DNA from: an uncultured Actinomycetota bacterium
GTDB taxonomy: Bacteria > Actinomycetota > Actinomycetes > Propionibacteriales > Nocardioidaceae
NCBI GenBank assembly: GCA_963817125.1
Contig: CAWFNB010000004.1
Coordinates: 139,144 to 203,143 of the forward strand
Reading direction: 5' to 3'
Length of the DNA: 64,000 bases
The first letter of the stretch is position 1; each line of letters begins with the position of its first letter. The notes under the pieces are model-generated. The model had not been told where the DNA came from. It saw only the letters and a list, made by a program, of their open reading frames with translations, and made no database searches. Shown here piece by piece: positions 45,393-54,786 of this stretch. Both the position numbers and the translations under genes were made by a program.

Positions 45393-46255
45393 TGGCTGGA
45401 ACCCCCGACCCGAACGACGCCCACGGCAGCGTCTACGACGACCTGCTCGGCACCGACACGTCGCACTGGGCGTTCGGCACCGACTTCGAGGACCCACTGG
45501 CGGGGGTCGACACCACCGTCCCCTCCGACGTCGACGCCAGCGCGCTCGCGGCGTACTGCCTGATGCTCGGCGACGACGCCCTGGTCATGTCGCACCGGCT
45601 CTCGGAGTGGTGCAGCCGCGCGCCCGACCTCGAGGAGGACATCGCGCTGGCCAACATCGCACTCGACCTGCTCGGCCAGGCCCGCCTGCTGCTGGCGCGG
45701 GCAGCGGCCGCGGATCCGTCGGTCGTCCCGGTGCTGCCGGAGGGGTCCCCGGTGCCGGTCGAGGACGCCTTGGCGTTCTTCCGAGAGGCGCTCGACTTCC
45801 GCAACGTGCGCCTGGTCGAGGTGGAGAACGGCGACTTCGGGCACACCATCGCCCGGCTTCTGCTGTTCGCGAGCGTCCGGCTCGCGGCGTTCGAGCGGCT
45901 GGTCGAGCACTCGGATCCGGTGCTGGCGGCGATCGCGGCCAAGGGCGTCAAGGAGCTGACCTACCACCGTGACTACGCCGGTCGGTGGTTCCTCACGCTC
46001 GCGCAGGGCACCCAGGAGTCGCGGCGGCGCCTGCTCGATGGGCTGGCCGCGATCTGGCCGCTGTACGCCGAGCTGTCGGCGGCCTACGACGTAGGGTCTG
46101 AGGTCGACGTCGTACTCGAGCAGGTCTTCGCGGTGTCCGGTGTGGAGCGACCCGAGGTCGCGGCCATGTCCGGCCGCGGCCACACCGAGGCGCTGAGCCG
46201 GATGCTTGCCGAGCTGCAGGTCGTGGCCCGCGCCCACCCCCAGGGGCTCTGGTGA
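45389..46255 (+). CDS. paaC: 1,2-phenylacetyl-CoA epoxidase subunit C
   Basis: YCLMLGDDALVMSHRLSEW...LEEDIALANIALDLLGQAR is typical of PaaC. Confidence 0.85.
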   Translation: MMAGTPDPNDAHGSVYDDLLGTDTSHWAFGTDFEDPLAGVDTTVPSDVDASALAAYCLMLGDDALVMSHRLSEWCSRAPDLEEDIALANIALDLLGQARLLLARAAAADPSVVPVLPEGSPVPVEDALAFFREALDFRNVRLVEVENGDFGHTIARLLLFASVRLAAFERLVEHSDPVLAAIAAKGVKELTYHRDYAGRWFLTLAQGTQESRRRLLDGLAAIWPLYAELSAAYDVGSEVDVVLEQVFAVSGVERPEVAAMSGRGHTEALSRMLAELQVVARAHPQGLW

Positions 46256-46743
46256 AGACCGCGACGCCGCGCGCGATCGCGGCCGAGGTCCGCGACCCGG
46301 AGATGCCGATGCTCACGCTGGAGGACCTCGGCGTGCTGCGCGACGTACGTCGGGACGGGTCGGAGGTGGTCGTGACGATCACGCCGACCTACTCCGGCTG
46401 TCCGGCGATGGCCACCATGCGTGACGACCTGGTGCACCGGCTGGTCGACGCGGGCTACGCCGCGCGGGTCGAGGTCTCGCTGAGCCCGGCCTGGTCGAGC
46501 GACTGGATCACCGAGCGTGGGCGTGCTGCCCTCCGTGCGCACGGGCTGTCGGCGCCCGGACCGGCGCCACACCGGGTCGGCCCGATCCCCCTGACCCTGC
46601 TGCCGATGGCGCGGGCCGTGAGCTGCCCGCAATGCGGATCGTCGCGGACCGACCTGACCTCGGAGTACGGCGCGACCGCCTGCAAGGCGCTCTACCGCTG
46701 CGCGGACTGCCTCGAGCCGTTCGAGCACGTGAAAGAGATCTGA
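46252..46743 (+). CDS. paaD: phenylacetate degradation protein PaaD (Fe-S assembly-like)
   Basis: GTGA overlap with paaC. VRDPEMPMLTLEDLGVL and C-terminal CPQCGS...CxxC zinc-ribbon. Confidence 0.85.
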   Translation: MKTATPRAIAAEVRDPEMPMLTLEDLGVLRDVRRDGSEVVVTITPTYSGCPAMATMRDDLVHRLVDAGYAARVEVSLSPAWSSDWITERGRAALRAHGLSAPGPAPHRVGPIPLTLLPMARAVSCPQCGSSRTDLTSEYGATACKALYRCADCLEPFEHVKEI

Positions 46744-46755
46744 TGGTCGCCCGCC

Positions 46756-46891
46756 GGTGGTTGAGCCGCGAGCGCAGCGAGCGTGTCGAAACCTCCGCAG
46801 CCCGCGCTGGGAGTTGCTCCGGGCCTGTACCAGCACCGGGTTGCCAGGTTTCGACACCGTCGGCGCTGGCGCGCCTCCGGGCTCAACCACC
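46756..46891. repeat. 136-bp imperfect palindromic (REP/MITE-like) element inside the paaD-paaE spacer
   Basis: Terminal inverted repeats GGTGGTTGAGCC (46756-67) / GGCTCAACCACC (46880-91). Internal inverted pair GTGTCGAAACC / GGTTTCGACAC. Confidence 0.55.
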
Positions 46892-46909
46892 GATTGGGAT
46901 GGCGGTCTG

Positions 46910-47962
46910 ATGGCCTTCCACGCGCTCACCGTCGCGGAGGTCGAGGAGCTCACCGACGACGCGGTCGCGGTCACCTTCGAGGTCCCCGACGACCTGGCCG
47001 ACGAGTTCGAGTTCGTGCCCGGTCAGTCGCTGACCCTGCGCCGGGTGGTCGACGGGGTGGAGCAGCGCCGCCAGTACTCGATCAGCACGCCGGCCGGTGC
47101 CCGGCCGCGGGTCGGCGTGCGGGAGATCCCGGACGGACTCTTCTCGCGGTGGCTGGTCCACGAGGTCCGGCCCGGCGACCAGATCGAGGTCCAGACGCCC
47201 ACGGGGCGCTTCTGTCCGGACCCCGCCATGCTCGAGGGTGGCCGGCACCTGTGCATCGCGGCCGGCTCCGGGATCACGCCGATGCTGTCGGTGGCCTCCT
47301 CCGTGCTCGCGAGCGACGGCGCCGTGACGCTGCTCTACGGCAACCGGACCACCGGCTCGGTGATGTTCGCCGAGGAGCTCGCCGACCTGAAGAACCGCTA
47401 CGGCCCCCAGCTCCAGCTCGTCCACGTGCTGTCCCGCGAGCCGCGTGACGTCGAGCTGTTCTCGGGGCGGCTGGACGGCGACCGGCTGCGCCGGCTGCTC
47501 ACGGTGCTGGCGCCGGCGAGCGAGTTCGACCACGTCTGGCTGTGCGGTCCGCACCCGATGCTGCTCGACGCCCAGTCGGTGCTGGCCGAGCTCGGCGTAC
47601 CCCGTGAACGAGTGCACTTCGAGCTGTTCTACGTCGACGAACCGCCGCCGGAGCTGCACCGGTCGGGCCCGGTCGTCAGCGGCGAGACCACCGAGGTCAC
47701 GGTGGTGCTGGACGGGCTGACCACGACCGCCGCACTGCCGCGCGAGCAGAGCATCCTCGACGGCGCGCAGACCATGCGCGCCGACCTCCCGTTCGCGTGC
47801 AAGGGCGGCGTCTGCGGCACCTGCCGGGCCCGGGTGCTCGAGGGCGAGGTCGACATGCGGCGCAACTACGCGCTCGAGCCCGCCGAGGTCGAGGCCGGCT
47901 TCGTGCTCACCTGCCAGAGCCACCCGCTGGGCGACCGGGTGACCGTCGACTACGACGCATGA
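46910..47962 (+). CDS. paaE: 1,2-phenylacetyl-CoA epoxidase reductase subunit
   Basis: ATG at 46910. FNR-type RQYSIS and GSGITP motifs, plus C-terminal plant-type 2Fe-2S CKGGVCGTCRARV. Confidence 0.9.
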   Translation: MAFHALTVAEVEELTDDAVAVTFEVPDDLADEFEFVPGQSLTLRRVVDGVEQRRQYSISTPAGARPRVGVREIPDGLFSRWLVHEVRPGDQIEVQTPTGRFCPDPAMLEGGRHLCIAAGSGITPMLSVASSVLASDGAVTLLYGNRTTGSVMFAEELADLKNRYGPQLQLVHVLSREPRDVELFSGRLDGDRLRRLLTVLAPASEFDHVWLCGPHPMLLDAQSVLAELGVPRERVHFELFYVDEPPPELHRSGPVVSGETTEVTVVLDGLTTTAALPREQSILDGAQTMRADLPFACKGGVCGTCRARVLEGEVDMRRNYALEPAEVEAGFVLTCQSHPLGDRVTVDYDA

Positions 47963-48357
47963 ACGACCCCCTGGAGCAGGCCCGGACGATGTGGGGCGAC
48001 GACCCGGCCAGCCGAGCGCTCGGCATGGCGCTGCTGGAGCTCGCCCCAGGCCGCGCCGTGGTCGCGATGACCGTGCGTCCCGACATGGTCAACGGCTACG
48101 CCGTCTGCCACGGCGGGCTGGTCGCGTCGCTCGCGGACAGTGCCTTCGCGCTGGCCTGCAACTCCCGAGGTACCAAGACCGTGGCCGCCGGGTTCGACAT
48201 CACCTTGCTGGCGCCCGCGCACGAGGGCGACATCCTCGTCGCGACCGCCGAGGAGCGTGCCTTGCGCGGCCGCTCCGGTCTGTACGACGTGACGGTCCGA
48301 CGCGACGACAGCGTCATCGCCGAGTTCCGGGGCCGAAGCCGCTCGCTATCCGGCTAG
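47959..48357 (+). CDS. paaI: hydroxyphenylacetyl-CoA thioesterase
   Basis: ATGA overlap with paaE. Hot-dog fold with NGYAVCHGGLVASLADSAF. Confidence 0.85.
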   Translation: MNDPLEQARTMWGDDPASRALGMALLELAPGRAVVAMTVRPDMVNGYAVCHGGLVASLADSAFALACNSRGTKTVAAGFDITLLAPAHEGDILVATAEERALRGRSGLYDVTVRRDDSVIAEFRGRSRSLSG

Positions 48358-48966
48358 GAGCCCCTCGAAGGCGATCGCGGTGACCGCATCGGCCAGCTGT
48401 TCGACGTCGACCGGGCCGGAGGGCCGGTACCACTCGACCAGCGAGTTGATCATCCCGAACAGCAGCCGACTGACCAGGTCGGGGTCGAGGTCGGCGCGCA
48501 GCGCGCCCTCCTCGGCTGCCTGGCCGACCAGGGCGGCCAGGCGGGCGTCGATGTGCCGACGTCGGCGTAGTGCGGCGTTCTCGACGGCGGTGTTGCCATG
48601 GACCCGCAGCAGCAGGGTGACCGCCGGCTGATGGTCGACCAGGACCTCGACGCTGCGACGGACCACCCCGCGCAGCCGCTCGTACGCCGACCCCTCGGCG
48701 GCCGCCGCGGTGTCGACGGCGGACTCGAGGCCGGCCAGCGCCTCGTCGAGCGCCTCTGAGAGGAGGTGCTCCTTGCTCGGCACGTGGTGGTAGACCGCCG
48801 ACTTGGTGACCCCGAGCTCGTCGGCGACGTCGCCGATGCTGGTGGCGTCGTACCCCTTGCGGTTGAAGAGGTCGATCGCGGCGCGCAGCACCGCGGCCAG
48901 GTCGTGGCCGGGGCGCCCGCGGCGCGGTGGCACGGCCGGTTCGCTCACCTCGGAAGACTGGCACAC
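48346..48966 (-). CDS. TetR/AcrR family transcriptional regulator (candidate PaaR)
   Basis: HTH region LFNRKGYDATSIGDVADELGVTKSAVYHHVPSKEHLL. Location at the end of the paa cluster. Start GTG 48966 or 48948. Confidence 0.75.
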   Translation of the reverse strand: MCQSSEVSEPAVPPRRGRPGHDLAAVLRAAIDLFNRKGYDATSIGDVADELGVTKSAVYHHVPSKEHLLSEALDEALAGLESAVDTAAAAEGSAYERLRGVVRRSVEVLVDHQPAVTLLLRVHGNTAVENAALRRRRHIDARLAALVGQAAEEGALRADLDPDLVSRLLFGMINSLVEWYRPSGPVDVEQLADAVTAIAFEGLLAG

Positions 48967-48989
48967 GGGGATCTCGCTAGGGTCCCTGC

Positions 48990-49730
48990 ATGAGCAGGCA
49001 CGGTGCGGTCACCGTGCTCGGGGCGGCGCTGCTGGTCCTGGCGACCGGCTGCGGTGACGACAAGCTCGACTCCTGGACCGGGCCGGCGTCGATCGCGCGC
49101 GCGGCCGGAGACACCGATCCGCCCACGACGCACGGGGTCGCACCCCTGGCGATGGCGCTGGATGCCAGCAGCCGGGTGGAGCTGTCAGTGCCGGCGGCGT
49201 ACCGCGTCGAGATCCAGGGCGAGGTGTCCGAGGGCAGCCGCACGGTCCCGTTCGAGGTGGGTGGCTGGGTGCTCGTCACCGCGCCGTACGACGCCATCGG
49301 TGGCAGCAACAACGACATCAACGTCGTCGACATCGGGGTGAAGACCGACACCAGCCCGCTGGTCGGCATCTCGGGTGCACTGTGGTTCGGGACCAACACG
49401 TCGATCATGGCCGACCTCAACCTGGGCGTGATCCCCAACGCCGCGTCGGTGGACATCGTCTCGGAGCGGGTCGAGGAGGACGTCCTCTACGCCGACGTGA
49501 TCATGGAGCTGTCCCCGATCAACACGCTGAACCTCTACAACGTGGACACCGCGGACGCGAACGGCGCCGGCGCCCAGCTCAACAACATCCTGGTCGGCAC
49601 CGTGTCGATCCGCTTCGCTCCCGACGGCTCGGCGATCGCGGGCCGCATCGACGTCGGCGGCACGTCGGGCATGGGTGGCCCGACGGTCTCGTCGGAGTAC
49701 CACGCCGACCTGAGCGGAGCCCGCTTCTAG
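48990..49730 (+). CDS. lipoprotein, unknown function
   Basis: Signal peptide plus lipobox VLGAALLVLATGC. No domain recognised. Confidence 0.6.
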   Translation: MSRHGAVTVLGAALLVLATGCGDDKLDSWTGPASIARAAGDTDPPTTHGVAPLAMALDASSRVELSVPAAYRVEIQGEVSEGSRTVPFEVGGWVLVTAPYDAIGGSNNDINVVDIGVKTDTSPLVGISGALWFGTNTSIMADLNLGVIPNAASVDIVSERVEEDVLYADVIMELSPINTLNLYNVDTADANGAGAQLNNILVGTVSIRFAPDGSAIAGRIDVGGTSGMGGPTVSSEYHADLSGARF

Positions 49731-50554
49731 CTGGGCGCCCACTCGACGGCGGACACGACGTGCTCGCCGGCCAGCCCCTTGAGCTCCACCTTGCGTGCGT
49801 CGACGAGCACGATGTCATCGCAGTCCGCGACCGCGTCGGAGACGGCCTCGCTGACCAGGATCTCGCCGCCGTCGGCGAGGGCCGCGACCCGGGCGGCCTG
49901 GGCGACGTTGCGGCCGAAGATGTCGTTGTCGCGGTGCACCACGTCCCCGTGGTGGATGCCGATCCGGATCAGCACGGTCGCGCGGCCCTTGCGGCGGCCG
50001 CGCTCGAAGGCCTGCTGCATCGCGATCGCGCTGCGCACGGCCTGCTCGGGCGCGCCGAACGCCGCCATGAACCCGTCGCCCTGCGTCTTGACCACGTGCC
50101 CGTCGTACCGGGTGATCGCCGAGCGCACCGCCGCGTCGTGCCGGGCCAGCAGTCGCACCCACTCCTTGTCGCCCAGCCGCTCGTTGAGCTCGGTGGACCC
50201 CTCGATGTCCGAGAACAGGATCGCCACGCTCCCGTCCGGCCCGGCGATGCGCATCAGGGCCGGCCGCTCGACCTGGGCCCAGCCGGCCAGGTCGTCGATC
50301 GAGCTGCGAAGCGCGCCCCCGAACCCCTTCTCGCGCACTCGGTCGACCGTCTCCCACATCGCCTTGACCGCCTCGTCCGGGGTCGGCATCAGCCGGCGGG
50401 ACGGACGTCGGCGGCCCGCACTGAGGGCGGCCACCTCTGCGCGCAGCTTCCGCTGGGTACGACGGCCGGCCAGCCACAGCGAGCCGACGGTGACCAGGAG
50501 GCCTGTTTCCACTCCGAGCGCCACGATCAACAGCACCAGCGCGGTCGTGCTCAC
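49727..50554 (-). CDS. membrane-anchored class III adenylate/guanylate cyclase
   Basis: N-terminal TM helix. ILFSDIEGSTELNERLGD, KTQGDGFMAAF, RIGIHHGDVV. Confidence 0.8.
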   Translation of the reverse strand: MSTTALVLLIVALGVETGLLVTVGSLWLAGRRTQRKLRAEVAALSAGRRRPSRRLMPTPDEAVKAMWETVDRVREKGFGGALRSSIDDLAGWAQVERPALMRIAGPDGSVAILFSDIEGSTELNERLGDKEWVRLLARHDAAVRSAITRYDGHVVKTQGDGFMAAFGAPEQAVRSAIAMQQAFERGRRKGRATVLIRIGIHHGDVVHRDNDIFGRNVAQAARVAALADGGEILVSEAVSDAVADCDDIVLVDARKVELKGLAGEHVVSAVEWAPS

Positions 50555-50597
50555 GGGTCACATGGTGGCAGGCATGGCCTGTGCCGGTGGACGTCGG

Positions 50598-51182
50598 CTA
50601 ATGAGTGGCGTAGCTGAGCAGCACGTTGTCCGAGCCGTCCCAGCGGCGTACGCCGAGCAGCCGGAGCCCGGTGGCCGGCACGCTTTCGAACGCGTGCGCG
50701 TCGCCCGCGACCAGGGCCGGGCCGACCATCAGGTGCAGCTCGTCGACGAGGCCGTGCGCGAGCAGGTCGGACCACAGCGTGCGGCTGCCGAACACCAGCG
50801 CGTCGCCGCCGTCCTGTTCGCGCAGCCGGGCGACCGCCTCGTGCGCGTCCGAGCGGCTCACGATCGTGGTCTGGTCGCGCCACGGCCCGGTGTCGGCCTC
50901 GGTCAGCGAGTCGGACACGACGGTGATCGGGATGCCGTCGGCGTACCGCTGGGCGATCTCGCTGCTGCCCGGCGTCGCCTCGGGATTGTCGACCATGGAC
51001 GGCCAGAAGCCGACGAAGCCGCGGTACGTCGTGGCGCCGAGGAGCAGCGAGCCCGCGGCTCGCATCCGCTCGGCGTTGTGCTCGTCGAAGGCGTGATCCA
51101 GAGGCATCGCCATCACGTCGCCGCCCGGGCCCTCGGTGTAGCCGTCCACGCTGATGCTGCTGGTCACGATGATCTTGCTCAT
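50598..51182 (-). CDS. dihydrofolate reductase family (RibD C-terminal domain) protein
   Basis: MSKIIVTSSISVDGY...LLLGATTYRGF...LVDELHLMVGP is typical of this family. Confidence 0.75.
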   Translation of the reverse strand: MSKIIVTSSISVDGYTEGPGGDVMAMPLDHAFDEHNAERMRAAGSLLLGATTYRGFVGFWPSMVDNPEATPGSSEIAQRYADGIPITVVSDSLTEADTGPWRDQTTIVSRSDAHEAVARLREQDGGDALVFGSRTLWSDLLAHGLVDELHLMVGPALVAGDAHAFESVPATGLRLLGVRRWDGSDNVLLSYATH

Positions 51183-51289
51183 GCTGCTCTCCTTGGTCGG
51201 TAGGTGTGGGTGTCACTGGTGCAGAGCCGGCGACCACCATGGACTCATCGGTCTGAGGAGAATCCCTCGAAGGTCATCGGCGCGATGGT

Positions 51290-51685
51290 TCAGAGACCCA
51301 ACGCCGCCAGGAGCACGAGCACGACCGTCGCGCCGGCCAGCAGCCCGTGCGCCATCGCGACCGGTCGCCGTCCCCTGAGCAGGTCGCCGGCGGCGGTCAG
51401 ATAGGCGCGCGCCCCGCGCGGCCGAGGCTCCGGCGTACGGCTCCGCCAGCCGCTCATGAGCAGCAGGTCGCCCAGTGTGTTGTTGACGATCAGCCACACG
51501 AACACAGCCCAGGCAAGCCAGCCGGGTCGGTCGGCGGCGACGTACCCGATCCACGCCGCCATACCGAGGCTCGCCGTCCCGAGATGCACGAGCGCGGTGC
51601 GGGGCGGTCGCCGCCAGCGCAGCAACATCACCAGGCCGAGCACCAGGTTGGCGGCCCAGGTGGCCAGGGCGGCGACGGCGACCAT
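51290..51685 (-). CDS. small integral membrane protein
   Basis: 131 aa with four hydrophobic helices. No motif recognised. Confidence 0.5.
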   Translation of the reverse strand: MVAVAALATWAANLVLGLVMLLRWRRPPRTALVHLGTASLGMAAWIGYVAADRPGWLAWAVFVWLIVNNTLGDLLLMSGWRSRTPEPRPRGARAYLTAAGDLLRGRRPVAMAHGLLAGATVVLVLLAALGL

Positions 51686-51751
51686 GCACCGACGCTATCG
51701 CGCCCCTGCGGCTGACTAGAACACGTTCTCGTTCACTGGTTTGATGGCCGC

Positions 51752-52252
51752 GTGAGCGAGGGTCGGTTCAGCGCCGAGGAGATCACCGAGGCGTACGCCG
51801 CCGTGCACCGGCGGGTGCGGGGCTACGTCGATGCGGGCAACTGGGACGGGTTCGCCGACAACTTCACCGAGGACGCGGAGTACGTCGAGCACGCGTTCGG
51901 CACCTTTCGCGGACGCGACGAGATCCGGGCCTGGTCGGTGCGGACGATGACGACGTTCCCCGGCGGGATCATGACCGGCTTCCCGCTGGCGTGGCAGGTG
52001 GTCGACGTCCCGACCTCTCGGCTGATCTGCGAAGTGCGCAACCTGATGCCCGACCCCGGCGACGGCACCCACCTCGAGGAGCCGAACCTGACGATCATGA
52101 CCTACGCCGGAGACGGCCTGTTCAGCCGCGAGGAGGACGTCTACAACCCGATGCGGTTCGCCCGCATGGCGGTGAACTGGGCCCGGATCGCCGAGACGCA
52201 CGGGAACCTCAGCGACGAGGGTCGCGCGTACCTCCAGAAGTTCGGCCCATAG
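51752..52252 (+). CDS. NTF2-like (SnoaL-type) protein
   Basis: 166 aa. YVDAGNWDGFADNFTEDAEYVEHAFGTFRGRDEIRAW pattern. Confidence 0.65.
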   Translation: MSEGRFSAEEITEAYAAVHRRVRGYVDAGNWDGFADNFTEDAEYVEHAFGTFRGRDEIRAWSVRTMTTFPGGIMTGFPLAWQVVDVPTSRLICEVRNLMPDPGDGTHLEEPNLTIMTYAGDGLFSREEDVYNPMRFARMAVNWARIAETHGNLSDEGRAYLQKFGP

Positions 52253-52290
52253 GACCCGCCCTAGTTGCCTTGACCTGACATGCTCGCCAC

Positions 52291-52782
52291 ATGCGCGGAG
52301 CGGCCCGGCGAATCCTCCTCGAGGTCGCCGGGTGGACGCTGCTCGTTGCGGGCATCGCGGCGCTGGTGCTCCCCGGCCCGGGGCTGCTGATGATGGCGGG
52401 CGGCATCGTCCTGCTCTCCCAGCAGTACGAGTGGGCCGAGCGCCGGGTCGAGCCGATCAAGCGCGAGGCGCTGAAGGGCGCAGCGAACTCGGTGGAGACG
52501 TGGCCGCGGATCATCATGACCTCGACGATGATCGCACTGCTCGCCGCGGCGGGCGTGCTCTGGTTCGTCGGCCCGGAGGTGCCTGGGTGGTGGCCGATCG
52601 CGGACCGGTGGTGGCTGCCCGGCGGCAAGGCGACGAGCTTCACGCAGTTCGGCTCGGCCGTCCTGGCGGTGGGGCTCCTGGTGTGGAGCTACCGCAAGTT
52701 CCACGGCAACCCCGAGGCGATCGCCGAGGTCGAGGCCGCGGCCGACTCCGACGACGACCGCAAGGGGTTCTGGGGACGCTGA
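52291..52782 (+). CDS. PGPGW-motif transmembrane protein
   Basis: LLVAGIAALVLPGPGLLMMAGGIVLLS contains the PGPG(W/L) family motif. Confidence 0.65.
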   Translation: MRGAARRILLEVAGWTLLVAGIAALVLPGPGLLMMAGGIVLLSQQYEWAERRVEPIKREALKGAANSVETWPRIIMTSTMIALLAAAGVLWFVGPEVPGWWPIADRWWLPGGKATSFTQFGSAVLAVGLLVWSYRKFHGNPEAIAEVEAAADSDDDRKGFWGR

Positions 52783-52795
52783 GCAGGCTCTCCCG

Positions 52796-53371
52796 CTAGT
52801 TGCGCTTCCGTGCCGAGCGCACCAATGCCGCAAGCTCGTCGACCACCTCGTCCAGCGGCTCGGCGGAGCCCGCTGCGCGGGCCAGCGCCACCCCACCCTC
52901 GGTCGCGGCCACGATGGTGCGGGCCAGCCGTCCCGCGCGCTTCGGGGGTACGCCGGCCTCGCGGAGCGCCGAGGTCAACGCGCGGTGCCAGTCGGCGAAC
53001 ACCTCCCTCGCCACCGCCTGGTGCCTCGGGTCGGTCGCCACCGCGGCCGCCGCGACAGCGCAGCCGGCTGAGTAGTCGCTGCCCTCGAGCACCCGCCGCC
53101 ACCGGTCCGCGAAGACGCGCAGCACGTGTGAGGTGCCGCGCGTGCGGGCGTCCTCGATCAGCTCGGTGACCTGGGTGCCGACGTACCGCACCGCCTCGTC
53201 GACCAGCTCGGCCTTGCCGCCGGGGAAGTGGTGGTACGTCGAGCCGAAGGGCACACCTGCCCGCTCGGCGAGGTCGCGCAGGCTCATCGCGTCGACGCCG
53301 CCGGTGGAGATGACCTTGGCCGCACCGACGACCATCCGGTGCCGGGTGTCGCCGCGAGTGGTCACGTTCAC
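52796..53371 (-). CDS. TetR/AcrR family transcriptional regulator
   Basis: HTH region GGVDAMSLRDLAERAGVPFGSTYHHFPGGKAELV. Confidence 0.8.
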   Translation of the reverse strand: MNVTTRGDTRHRMVVGAAKVISTGGVDAMSLRDLAERAGVPFGSTYHHFPGGKAELVDEAVRYVGTQVTELIEDARTRGTSHVLRVFADRWRRVLEGSDYSAGCAVAAAAVATDPRHQAVAREVFADWHRALTSALREAGVPPKRAGRLARTIVAATEGGVALARAAGSAEPLDEVVDELAALVRSARKRN

Positions 53372-53373
53372 AA

Positions 53374-53405
53374 GACAAGTGTATTGCCAGTTCTATGACA
53401 ACTGT
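53374..53405. promoter_or_regulatory. paired GACAAGTGT / GACAACTGT motifs in an AT-rich TetR/hydrolase divergent spacer (candidate operator)
   Basis: The two 9-mers start 23 bp apart. Each contains an ACA-N2-TGT mini-palindrome. The spacer is only 48 bp. Confidence 0.3.
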
Positions 53406-53419
53406 CCTAGCCTCGCTTC

Positions 53420-54277
53420 ATGACCATCTATGACACTCGTCATAACAGCCGCCCCGTCGTCGTCACCGCCGACGACGGCCGCGAGCTGCCCGCGACCTGG
53501 TACCTCCCCGGTGAGCGCCCCCGCGGCGCGGTGCTGATCGCCCCGGCGATGGCCACCCCGGCCCGGTTCTACGCCGCCTTCGCCTGGTGGCTGGCCGGCC
53601 ACGGGTTTGCCACGCTCACCTTCGACTACCGCGGCATGGCCGACCGGGCCGCGATGAAGGCCGAGAAGGGTGACGCGGTGCGCTGGTTCGGAGACGCGGC
53701 GAGCGCGCTGGAGCACCTCGTCGACGAGGCGCCCGACGTACCCGTCACCTGGGTCGGCCACAGCTTCGGCGGTCAGGCCCTGCCGTTCGCGCGGCACGAC
53801 CTGGTGGACCGCGCGCTCCTGGTTGCCGCCGGCTCGGGCTACTGGCGCCTCAGCCCGCCGGCGACCCGCTACCGGGCGCGGTTCTTCCTCCGTGTCATCG
53901 TGCCGCTGGCGATCCGGGCGAGCGGCTACTACCCGGGGCGCCGGCTCGGTCTCCTCGGCGACGTGCCACCCCACGTGATGCGCCAGTGGGGGAGCTGGTG
54001 CCTGGACCCCGGCTACTTCGCAGCCGCCGCCGGCCTCGATGACCGGGTCGCCGAGCTGGAGGTGCCGATCACCGCCCTCTCGTTCACCGACGACGAGCTG
54101 CTCAGCGCCGCCAGCCACCACGCCCTCGAGCAGCTGTACGCCGCCGCGCCGGTCGAGGCGCACCGACTCTCGCCGGCCGACCTCGGCGTCGAGCGGGTCG
54201 GCCACCACGGGTTCTTCCGGGCCGCGATGGCGCCGGCCTGGGATCAGGTGGTGCTGCCGCACCTCGCCGCGGGCTGA
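53420..54277 (+). CDS. alpha/beta-fold hydrolase
   Basis: Nucleophile elbow WVGHSFGGQA. 285 aa. Confidence 0.75.
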   Translation: MTIYDTRHNSRPVVVTADDGRELPATWYLPGERPRGAVLIAPAMATPARFYAAFAWWLAGHGFATLTFDYRGMADRAAMKAEKGDAVRWFGDAASALEHLVDEAPDVPVTWVGHSFGGQALPFARHDLVDRALLVAAGSGYWRLSPPATRYRARFFLRVIVPLAIRASGYYPGRRLGLLGDVPPHVMRQWGSWCLDPGYFAAAAGLDDRVAELEVPITALSFTDDELLSAASHHALEQLYAAAPVEAHRLSPADLGVERVGHHGFFRAAMAPAWDQVVLPHLAAG

Positions 54278-54300
54278 GCGTCGCGCGGTGCCAGACTCGG

Positions 54301-54747
54301 GTGGTGTCCCGCGATGCCGCCGCCCGCAAGTCCGACAGCCTGCGCACGCTGGCCGCTCCGGAGATCGACGTCTGGGTGGCCACGGCGTCGAGGGAGGACC
54401 GACCGCACCTGGTCCCGCTCTCGCTGGCCTGGCTGGACGAGCGGGTCGTGATCGCGGTCCACGAAGGCTCGCGCACCGCGCTGGACCTCCTGGCGTCTGG
54501 GACCGCGCGGGCCGCCGTCGGCCACACCAGGGACGTCACGATGCTCGACGTCGAGCTCGAGCGGTCGGTCCCGGTCGACGACGACGTGGCGCTGGGTGAG
54601 GGGTACGCCGCCCAGGCCGACTGGGACCCGCGCGGCCAGGCCGGCTACGTCTTCCTCGTCCTGCGTCCGCACCGGGTCCAGGCCTGGCGCCAGGCCGACG
54701 AGATCCCTGGTCGGACGCTCATGAAGGACGGTGCCTGGGTGGTCTGA
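54301..54747 (+). CDS. pyridoxamine 5'-phosphate oxidase-family (FMN-binding split barrel) protein
   Basis: 148 aa. DVWVATASREDRPHLVPLSLAW pattern. Confidence 0.65.
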   Translation: MVSRDAAARKSDSLRTLAAPEIDVWVATASREDRPHLVPLSLAWLDERVVIAVHEGSRTALDLLASGTARAAVGHTRDVTMLDVELERSVPVDDDVALGEGYAAQADWDPRGQAGYVFLVLRPHRVQAWRQADEIPGRTLMKDGAWVV

Positions 54748-54786
54748 GGGCCACCTTCTGTCGGCCGCCGGTCATAGGGTCGCGCT

